From: Ginkgo biloba
Taxonomy: Eukaryota; Plantae; Ginkgophyta
Assembly: GCA_024626585.2 (NCBI GenBank)
Contig: JANKJI020000002.1
Location: forward strand, 63,649,623 to 63,667,031
DNA length: 17,409 nucleotides
Direction: 5' to 3'
How positions within the stretch are numbered: the stretch's first letter is position 1; each line of letters starts with the position of its first letter. A program made the translations under genes and the position numbers. The notes beneath the pieces were generated by a model that ran no database searches, was not told the origin of the DNA, and saw only the letters and a list, made by a program, of their open reading frames with translations. Of this stretch, positions 8,921 to 17,409 are shown in pieces.

Positions 8921-10823
8921 AAGAGCCCCCCACACAGAGTATGCTCACCTTATGGCTTTGACCATGTAGCTTGTAGATGGTTGATCGCCCCAGTTCCGAG
9001 ATTGAATGTTGAATCTTTCTGATGGGAGGAGCGCGCTAGTCAATTTAGGATTAATTATGCCAAATNNNNNNNNNNNNNNNNNNNNNNNNNNNNNNNNNNN
9101 NNNNNNNNNNNNNNNNNNNNNNNNNNNNNNNNNNNNNNNNNNNNNNNNNNNNNNNNNNNNNNNNNGATATTTTATAATTTTAAACAATGGGCTTCAAAGC
9201 TTCCTTAGGAGAAGAAGCCCATAGACAGTACTACATGGTGCCATCGTAGGCTTTGGAAGCTCGCAGATTCTTTTACTTTTTTAAATGGCCTTTCAAATGG
9301 CCTTTGAAACAACCATGAGTGAAGGGGAGGTGAGATCTCACCACTTGTCTATCTTTTATTTGATCCAGGAGTCTCTAACCTACACATGAAAAATAACTTT
9401 GACCAAATCATTAAGGATAGAGACCTTGCGAGATCATGCCATGTGGTATTATTTTGTTAGTTCCTCTAGCTGCCACTCTTTTATTCATAATTGAAAAATT
9501 AAACTTTGAAATACTTTAAGAATCACGAGAAAATTCATCGTGAGAATGCCACATGTCACCTATCCATCTAACCTAAAAAACTTAAGGGTATTATATGATG
9601 GCACCATGTGGCTTGATCGTGCTGCTCCTTGGCTCAAGCCATTTTCAACATTTTCAATTAGGTTATTAGATCCTGTGAGAGGTGAAGTTCTAAGGTAGCA
9701 CCATATGGCATCTTGTCAGAGTGCGTTGGTCCTGATGTCTTTTCACTACTCCCAATTGAACCTATAATTAGACTCCAAGTAATGGAGTTCCTAGATTATT
9801 ACACATGTCTCTTTTTTGGAAAACCCCCTACATCCCCAAATTTCATCTTTTTTCCTTAAGTTGCTAAAGTGACACGAGGAGGAAAAGCTCAAGAACATGC
9901 CACATGTCTTTTTTTATCTGACTCGCTTGGTTTGTACCTTCTGAGACTGTGAGGATGCCATGTAACATCTGCTCACTTGGTTATGAGACCTCAAAGTTTA
10001 TGGTTATGGGCTTTGTGCACATTGGACTTCATGCGACTAAGAGTTCACATGATGCTACCAAGTGTCTTCATCTTGTTAATCTCAAAAACTTGATGCATTT
10101 GAATCCTTTCCACAACGCTGTAAAATCTCCCCAAGTGTTAGGATCCTAAGCTAGAGCAGTTGTTGACCTTGATTGATCAAGATCCAAAGGAGTGGGTCTC
10201 TTATGTTCGAGGAGGCAAATTTGTTCATGAGGCCCTAGGAGAAGAAAATACAATGGGTGCCCTTAGACATGCATTGCTTGGAAGTGTCCAAGAAAGAGTT
10301 GGAGGAGGTCTGTACAAAGTTGGCAAAGATTAGAGGTAACAAAGCACTTGGGTCTAGAGTTGGCCACTATTCAATTAGGGCAATAGTCTTAGTTGGAGTC
10401 TATGCAATAGAAATGGAAGATGGAGCTGAATAAATTCTTAGTAGAGGAGCATTAGAGATGGCACAAGGAGCATCGACACACTTTGGAGGAGCATTTGTCC
10501 TAGTTGAGGGAAACTTTGGAGGTCGATCAATAATAACTTGTGATTCACCATTAATGACAACTCATAGGGTTGGAGCAAAAATAGGCCAAGGAGCGATTAG
10601 AGCAAGGGAAGAGGGTAGAGGCGACCGACATCATTGTCAAAAAGATTTCTTGATTGGAGATGCAGTTTAGAAGGGCGAGAAACACCCTTTGTAGGATGCT
10701 TCTAACTTTCCTTGATGGTGACAAACACTCCAAATTCAACTTCAATCCCTGGACACCATCTCTCTCTTTTGATTTTGTTTCCCCTTTTGCTTAGTTTTTT
10801 GCTCGAGTCAGATGCCCAAGTTT

Positions 10824-10834
10824 AGGGGAGGGGG
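10824..10834 (+). promoter_or_regulatory. Polypurine tract
   Basis: AGGGGAGGGGG is followed by TAGA and then the LTR start TGTTAC at 10839. Confidence 0.8.
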
Positions 10835-10838
10835 TAGA

Positions 10839-11431
10839 TGTTACTAGGTTTTTTGTGGTTAGCCTTGTCATTTTTACAAGTCAAGAGAAACCTTAGCCAA
10901 CATCGGATATCAATGGTAATAGTTGGATGTTGGCGGGTGACTATCAGATGATGCTCGGGTGATGCTTGGAAGTTCATGAATCACTCGACAACCATCTTAA
11001 AGATTATGCATTTGATTACTTACATTGCTTGTATTAGTTATTGGGAGCAATCATTGGAATTCAATATGCCAACTATCACCAACGACCACCCACCACCTTG
11101 TACAAGGTTTCTGTTCCCCAATAAAGGCCTTCTCATCATTTTTGATTGGTATGATCATCATTGCCTACATTGTTCTGATCTTAAGATGATCCCTTGTATA
11201 TTCTACCCACGTATTAATGAGAATCTCTTATTGTTTCTAATCTCGATGTCTTATTGCTTGGTGTGATTTATCTTGTGCATGGCATAGTTCCACAATCTCA
11301 TCATTAGTCTAGATTCGTGACTTGGAAATTTGTACTCAATAGCCATGCCATCATCTGTTTTGCCACTCTATAATTAGTTTGCCATGTTTGCAATTATCTT
11401 GCTAACATTTCGCTATGTCTCCTAGCTAACA
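10839..11431 (+). repeat. 3' LTR (~593 bp) of a + strand gypsy element, probably element A
   Basis: Directly follows the PPT. Terminal inverted repeats TGTTACTAGG (10839) and CCTAGCTAACA (11421-11431) differ by one extra base. The partner LTR is not in the window. Confidence 0.7.
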
Positions 11432-11584
11432 TTCTTGCACCAATAAGCCTTAATAAAAAATTGAAACTTAGACTTGGACTAATGATTTAATGGGTGATTG
11501 TTGAGGGTACTTTGATATGTAGGTATAGGTGTAGGACTTTTACATTGTTGAAGAAAGTTGATACCCTAAAGGAGCCCTTTTCAT

Positions 11585-12209
11585 NNNNNNNNNNNNNNNN
11601 NNNNNNNNNNNNNNNNNNNNNNNNNNNNNNNNNNNNNNNNNNNNNNNNNNNNNNNNNNNNNNNNNNNNNNNNNNNNNNNNNNNNNNNNNNNNNNNNNNNN
11701 NNNNNNNNNNNNNNNNNNNNNNNNNNNNNNNNNNNNNNNNNNNNNNNNNNNNNNNNNNNNNNNNNNNNNNNNNNNNNNNNNNNNNNNNNNNNNNNNNNNN
11801 NNNNNNNNNNNNNNNNNNNNNNNNNNNNNNNNNNNNNNNNNNNNNNNNNNNNNNNNNNNNNNNNNNNNNNNNNNNNNNNNNNNNNNNNNNNNNNNNNNNN
11901 NNNNNNNNNNNNNNNNNNNNNNNNNNNNNNNNNNNNNNNNNNNNNNNNNNNNNNNNNNNNNNNNNNNNNNNNNNNNNNNNNNNNNNNNNNNNNNNNNNNN
12001 NNNNNNNNNNNNNNNNNNNNNNNNNNNNNNNNNNNNNNNNNNNNNNNNNNNNNNNNNNNNNNNNNNNNNNNNNNNNNNNNNNNNNNNNNNNNNNNNNNNN
12101 NNNNNNNNNNNNNNNNNNNNNNNNNNNNNNNNNNNNNNNNNNNNNNNNNNNNNNNNNNNNNNNNNNNNNNNNNNNNNNNNNNNNNNNNNNNNNNNNNNNN
12201 NNNNNNNNN
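11585..12209. other. Largest assembly gap (625 N); other gaps include five of exactly 100 N (1825, 4336, 7824, 9066, 13301), probably of unknown true size
   Basis: N-runs counted directly. All ORF-track entries that span X runs are artefacts. Confidence 0.95.
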
Positions 12210-12210
12210 G

Positions 12211-12551
12211 ATGTCCAACTTAGTAGCTCTATATTGAAGCCCAGATAAGACTACCAAGGGGTGGTGTACTGTCCATGTGTCGCAATACCTTACAACAAAA
12301 AGCTTAGGGTTCATCTTCTTGTTCTTACATTTCTACACCTTGAAATGTACATGGCTAAAAAACATAGATGAGGCTTGTCGTCCCTTAGCCTCGTGCCAAT
12401 AGGTTGGCACGTGTTAAGTTCAATTTACTAGCTCTCTATATTGAGTCCTAGAGAAGATTATCAAGGGGCAATGTCTTCTCTAAAAGTGCCAAGGCTACCT
12501 TGCATCAAAAAGTTTACTAGTCCTCTTCATTCTCTTACACATTCACACTTC
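12211..12551. repeat. Diverged direct repeat, two ~130-bp similar blocks with ~205-bp period
   Basis: CAACTTAGTAGCTCTATATTGAAGCCCAGATAAGACTACCAAGGGG...CAAAAAGCTTA...TCTTACATTTCTACACCTT vs CAATTTACTAGCTCTCTATATTGAGTCCTAGAGAAGATTATCAAGGGG...CAAAAAGTTTA...TCTTACACATTCACACTT. Confidence 0.7.
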
Positions 12552-13619
12552 AGTGCTACCATTCAGTGGTCTCAATAAATTTTAGTGTGTATTGTGGTCA
12601 GCTACCACAATAAATTTTAGGCGTTTGTGTTGGCAAGCACGAGTGTAAGCTTGAGTCTAGCAAGTTCACAATTATGAACCTACTTATGCTAAGTGTTCAA
12701 TCCAAACTTGGAGGGCAGCCTTTATTCATCAAGGCTAGCTGCTTAATACCAAGACCAACAATTGTGCTATTGACTGCTGGCAACAACAAATAGATGTTGG
12801 GGTTGTGTGGTGAAAGTTCCAGGTTGGGGACCATTACACAAATACCCAGGGTTATCAATAGGGCCATCATTGATGTAGAGCAATTGCTCGAAATAATCTG
12901 TTAACTTCATGCTAAGAGCTTTGGAAGGGGAAATCCATGTGCCTTGGACATATGTCATTAGATATCATCTTGAATGACTTCATTAGTGTTCTCGATTGAT
13001 ACGTGGAGCTTAGAAATGTCCAAAGACAACCTAGTGGGAGGCAAGTAGGGATAGAAATTGCAACAATCTAGAGCAAGGAGGAGACCATAGTATAGCAACA
13101 ATGCAAATGTCTAGTTAAACTTTGCAAGCTACTTATATCCAATTGTAACAAGTGTGAGTATTTAGTTTTCTATGTATACTTATCAGTTGTGCCTGGGATC
13201 CTATGTAGACACAAGATTATCCTGAAAATAATTTCAAGGCATAGTGGATGAGCGACAAAGTACTTTGAGGGTTTGACTGCTTACAGTGTATGATCTGGGA
13301 NNNNNNNNNNNNNNNNNNNNNNNNNNNNNNNNNNNNNNNNNNNNNNNNNNNNNNNNNNNNNNNNNNNNNNNNNNNNNNNNNNNNNNNNNNNNNNNNNNNN
13401 CCTCCATCTTCAGTTAGGAAAAAGAGATTTTCTCCTTATCATAAAAGTTATAAAAGTTAAAATGCACTTCAAGTTGTCATAGTTATTGTTTAAATTTTAT
13501 GGGTTGAATAGATTCTATAATTGTCCCCCTACTGAGTTTTAGAGGGGAATTAAGCTTTGAATGAATTAGCGTAGTATGGGAGGTATTAGCTTACGAATAC
13601 GAGTAATTGAAACACTAAG

Positions 13620-14050
13620 TGTGGAGTCAAGAGTGTGTATAAATTTCTCAAGTGTAAATCTCTCAGTCTGATTAGATTGGTTAAGGGTATCTACATTTGA
13701 TGGAGGTAAGACTTGGAGATGCATAGATCTCCTTAAGGTTGCTAAAATGATTGTCTTAATAAAATTGATACCCAGATCTCTGATTGAAATAAAGTGCAGG
13801 CCTCACAGTTTCATCAAACAAATGTTGTGTAGCAGGGGTGTCATGAAAATGAAGTTGGAAGCAATGTCTCTTTAAACTGAATGGGAGGCAAATCTATTAC
13901 ATAAATAAGGTTGTGTTACAAGGGAGGAAAGAAAGAAGAAATCATAATAAAAAACTGAAGCATGGAGATGATAGGATGAAGCCTTTCACGGCATATTTGT
14001 CCATCATGGCTGGAACTGGTTCTGTAGCCTATTGTGTGTGGCCTTTTAGT
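13620..14050 (+). mobile_element. Possible highly decayed LINE (L1) ORF2 C-terminal (zf-RVT) remnant
   Basis: Short translated patches GVKSVYKFL, WRCI and GWNWFC resemble the SVKS.Y..L / W..IW motifs of plant LINEs. The match is fragmentary. Confidence 0.25.
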
Positions 14051-14583
14051 TCAAATTTCAGAGCACAAAGGACGAGGGTTATTACAAACTAAGGAACCCG
14101 TTCAAATAAATTGAACTAAAATGAAATTGACGGTGTATTCCAATAGCAAAGGTCAAGGTCTCGCATTATACTTAAGAAAAAAGCTACAATCATGCACATT
14201 TTAGAAAAAAATTATCTGAAATAATGCAAGCTTCATTAATAGGTTTACGAGTGTTACTTCTAAGCCATCAAGCTTTGAAGAAGGTTTGGAGCAGGAAAAT
14301 GAGTTTATATGGAGTAGGTAGGTATGCTATTAGACTCATTATTTGATGTTCTAACCACACTTTTTTCAACAGAAGTTGACACTGAAATAATCATACCTTA
14401 TCAGTTGTAAACATTTTTTGATNNNNNNNNNNNNNNNNNNNNNNNNNNNNNNNNNNNNNNNNNNNNNNNNCCAACATTAGACAGCATTCTGCTTTTCAGT
14501 TCTATTGCGCTGTCAACAGTAGAAAGTAACACGTATTTTGTAGCATTACTTCTATATATGAATTTACTGCCCTTTCTGTTCTG

Positions 14584-14604
14584 CATATATACATATATAT
14601 ATAT
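14584..14604. repeat. Imperfect (AT)n microsatellite
   Basis: CATATATACATATATATATAT. Confidence 0.8.
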
Positions 14605-15440
14605 TTTCATCAGGACAACACACAGCTCAGTAGGAGACATCCCAGATGCAGGAGATATCCTCTCGGGGCAAAGAGGGGCNNNNNNNNNNNNNNNNNNNNN
14701 NNNNNNNNNNNNNNNNNNNNNNNNNNNNNNNNNNNNNNNNNNNNNNNNNNNNNNNNNNNNNNNNNNNNNNNNNNNNNNNNNNNNNNNNNNNNNNNNNNNN
14801 NNNNNNNNNNNNNNNAGAGATCATTAGATCATACATCACAGGAGTGTTGGGTTTTCAGTGCTTCTAGTGGGTGCCCTAAAGGGGCCTTTTATTAGAAGGG
14901 CCCTCCTAGAAGTGCCTACGAGATTCTTACTAGGTGTATATGTTGGACGACTAATACTATTAATGTTACTTTATTTGTATAATGAGGCAATTAGGTACGG
15001 GGGTATGTTGACCGAATTTCACGCTCGGTCAACTTATCTAGTATCCGCAAAGGACCTCCCCTCTAAATAGTGCAATTACTTGANNNNNNNNNNNNNNNNN
15101 NNNNNNNNNNNNNNNNNNNNNNNNNNNNNNNNNNNNNNNNNNNNNNNNNNNNNNNNNNNNNNNNNNNNNNNNNNNATATATTGTCTTTGATTCTTATATT
15201 TGCATTTTTCATTCTTTCATTTTGGTGCATTATTTTACCACTATTTTTCCTTTGTGGATTGGTACATGTACTTGCAGAACTTCATACTTCTGCTTTGTTT
15301 CTTCAAACTTGATCTTTGTTGTATGTGGGTTGTTTGGCTTTTCAGGCTTTTTTGTTCTGTAGTTCCATAATCCTTCTCTAGGGACATGGTGGAGTCAAAC
15401 ATGAAAGGTTAGAATTATTAATGGCGAATTGTAATGGAAT

Positions 15441-15466
15441 CTGATATTGAAACTGGGGTGGGGTAG
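15441..15466 (+). promoter_or_regulatory. Branch point (CTGAT, 15441-15445) and 3' splice acceptor TAG of the CCB4 exon
   Basis: A CTRAY-type motif ~21 nt upstream of the AG where protein similarity starts. The intervening tract is G-rich rather than pyrimidine-rich. Confidence 0.65.
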
Positions 15467-15806
15467 GGTATGGGACTCCCTTTCAGGTATAACATGCTGC
15501 CAAGCTTTGGTGATTGTCTACAATGGCACTTGCTTACTTCAACTTGGTATTGCGTCTGAATCTGCTGAAATACAAGGAGTGCCCATGTTTGTTGATGCCC
15601 ATAAACTAGTCCAAGGCTCTCTTTGCCAAGGAATTCAAAATTTAGGGAAGCAAAATTACTTAACTAATCTAGCTCTTTATCCTGGACACTTTGAATTATC
15701 GTTTGTGCCCCAAAACACTCAGTCAGTTGTCTTACAACCGCTTGGAGATGATGGAGTCATGATTGTGGCTGGTGACAGAATTCGGGGATTTAGCCCAAAT
15801 GACCAG
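15467..15806 (+). CDS. CCB4: Internal coding exon (340 nt) of CCB4, cofactor assembly of complex C subunit B (cytochrome b6 heme ci attachment; CCB2/CCB4, DUF2930 family), chloroplast-targeted protein
   Basis: The translation VWDSLSGITCCQALVIVYNGTCLLQLGIASES...VDAHKLVQGSL...QNYLTNLALYPGHFELSFVPQNTQSVVLQPLGDDGVMIVAGDRIRGFSPNDQ is collinear with plant CCB4 as I recall it (WESL..ATCCKSLVIVY.G.CL.QIG...QSYLANLSLYPGR.ELPFLP.NTQAVILQPLGD.G...IGG.TIRGF...DQ). Similarity starts right after AG (15465-15466; the first G would complete a split Trp codon) and ends at CAG|GT (15806/15807). There are no stops. Confidence 0.92.
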
Positions 15807-15812
15807 GTGCTT
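15807..15812 (+). promoter_or_regulatory. 5' splice donor CAG|GTGCTT
   Basis: Phase-0 GT exactly where CCB4 similarity ends, followed by T-rich intron-like sequence. Confidence 0.8.
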
Positions 15813-16508
15813 AACTTTATCTATGTTTAGCAAATATCAGTCTTCTGTTGCATGTTCTTGCTTTTTAATCTTCTATTTTATTGTAAGTCAGTGTTATATT
15901 CTCACATTTTGCATCATAGATGATGTAAGATTCTTCGTCCAAGAGAGTGTATACTAAAGAATATTGTTTTATTTAACCTACTTGACTATCCTTTCTTTAA
16001 ATGTCTTTTCAGAGTCACTGTATGCTGATTTTGAAGTATTATTTCTCATGAGGACACATGAAAGCTCACGATAATGTTGTCAGACACCAATCAAAAGTTT
16101 GCATTGCTCTGTGACAGCAGACTTACTACGTCATTCAGTTTTTGCTGCCTTGCTAAATCATTTTATGCTGACTCAAATATGTTTTCTTATAAAGACAATT
16201 GAAGATGGATAACTAAATGTTAGATGGGGTAATCTGAAAAATTGCAATAGCCTTCAATGTTAGGATGTTTTTATGATTCATATTGCCCAAAGGGCAGCAA
16301 GTTGCGGCAATGCTTGCCATGCTTAACCTTGTTTGTAAATCCTTTTTGCAAGTGCGATGAATCATTAATGCATCTCTTCTAGAATTGTGGTCCACAAACG
16401 AAATTTTGGATGGGCTTGCAAAAGTGTTTGTCCCTTCTTCTAAAACATTGCCATCCATATTTTCCTCTTTATTATCATCATCACTTGTAATATCACTTNN
16501 NNNNNNNN

Positions 16509-17097
16509 GGGATGCATGGGAAATTTGTAGGGTTATGGGTCTTTGGGCCATTTGGAGGGTTAGAGACTCGTGTATTTTAAAATGAAATTGTGAAGCATTT
16601 GTCTTCTTCTTCAGAATTTAGTACAATTAGACATTTCTCATAGCATAGTAGTACAGGCAACTGAATGGGATTCTCTCACATGAATGTCAAGTTAAAATGT
16701 AATTTTGAAGCCAATAGAGTTTTTTCACCATAGAACTTGCCTTGAAATGCCACAATCTTCTAATATGTTACTAACACCTTTTGAGATCAGCTTTGCTTCA
16801 TCTCATTAGGAGGTGCCTGTTGGAAAAGACAAAAGGGGTGAGAAAAGGAAAGGGTAATTCCATAGGCCAAGTGGCCTACACCTTGGTGGGGTATGAAACA
16901 AAAAATAGTATCGTCCTTTGCTTCCATAGAGAAAAAGCTCAGAAGTTAGATATTGGGGGAATGTACATATTAGACTTGGAAATTATAGGCTATATAGCTC
17001 ATGCTTTTGCTATCTTTGGCGAGAAAGCAATGAGAGCTAATTTAGAGCCAGGTCAAATCGACTCCATGTCCATGGGAAACAATATGTTTATTCCATT
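16509..17097 (+). mobile_element. Possible decayed LINE ORF2 fragments in the downstream intron
   Basis: LWAIWRVRDSCILK resembles the LW.IW..RN..IF C-terminal motif, and FHREKA...GGMYILDLEIIG resembles the GGLGI.DL motif after the RT domain. The two patches are out of canonical order, which implies separate fragments. Confidence 0.4.
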
Positions 17098-17409
17098 TGT
17101 AACGGTGTCGCCTTGAGCCTTTAAGCTTTCTATAACAATTGATATAAAACATTCAATAACATGTAAATCATAAATCATCATCATCACAATTGCATAAGCT
17201 CAAATAAATAAATAAATGCAGTAAACTAATCATACCAAGTGCAGGAGTTAAAGGGGTATTTATACTACTTATACAACTATACAGACTTTGAGGTTGGATT
17301 GTTAGGGTTAGGGCTTGACAACAGATAATACACTTCTACTATTGACCATGAGGACCCCTAGAGGGATTCACCATAGCTACCAACCAAACCTTTGACTTCA
17401 TCAAGGCTT
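17098..17409 (-). mobile_element. Edge of a probable LTR (- orientation) running out of the window
   Basis: Abrupt TGTAACGG boundary at 17098 and A-rich + strand. The - strand has the typical LTR TATA context GTATAAATACCCC (17253-17265). Confidence 0.5.

Larger units (their letters stand above)
1..11431 (+). mobile_element. Element A: host Ty3/gypsy LTR retrotransposon (5' part outside window) carrying nested insertions
   Basis: Co-oriented pol remnant (1-2558), decayed 3' ORF, PPT (10824-10834) and LTR (10839-11431). Continuity across the 9066-9165 gap is assumed, so the PPT and LTR could belong to a different + strand element. Confidence 0.55.

Noticed and set aside
9283-9306. 12-bp tandem duplication AAATGGCCTTT(C/G) x2
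   Set aside because: An ordinary slippage-type duplication in decayed TE DNA.
11487-12314. Long ORFs of 275 aa and 247 aa in the ORF track
   Set aside because: They are almost entirely N-gap translated as X.
12630-13100. Coding-like stretch including ORF 12767-12958 (-)
   Set aside because: No motif I can recognise in any frame; probably a decayed repeat but not supportable.
15447-15830. ORF as a standalone 127-aa gene
   Set aside because: It has a TTG start, and its ends extend past the AG and GT splice sites where CCB4 similarity starts and stops. It is an internal exon.
16213-16551. 112-aa - strand ORF with scattered Cys/His
   Set aside because: It spans a gap, has no convincing zinc-finger spacing or family match, and lies in intron-like DNA.

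Overview
This is eukaryotic land-plant nuclear DNA from a gap-rich draft assembly with 12 N-runs, five of them exactly 100 N. The gag sequence and TE load suggest a large-genome gymnosperm- or fern-type plant (inference). Roughly the first 11.4 kb is a nest of degenerate Ty3/gypsy (Athila-like, non-chromovirus) LTR retrotransposons. Element A (+ strand) shows the RNase H end, integrase, a long 3' region with a decayed extra ORF, a PPT and a 3' LTR at 10839-11431. It is interrupted by an ~1.2 kb insertion inside the integrase and by element B (- strand, ~3309-8026: two LTRs, tRNA-Asp-type PBS, gag and protease). The only credible host-gene sequence is one 340-nt internal exon (15467-15806, +) of CCB4 (cytochrome b6f heme ci assembly, CCB2/CCB4 family). 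Its neighbouring exons are not visible, so the TE nest may lie inside a giant intron. I see no intact novel protein-coding system. The most unusual signals are (i) an exactly 28-bp-periodic array of 9-8-9 palindromes, with a perfect 13-8-13 site, in both LTRs of element B; (ii) a canonical G-quadruplex motif directly across the CCB4 3' splice site where a polypyrimidine tract would be expected; and (iii) an unidentified extra ORF in element A that can be rejoined across the element B insertion.
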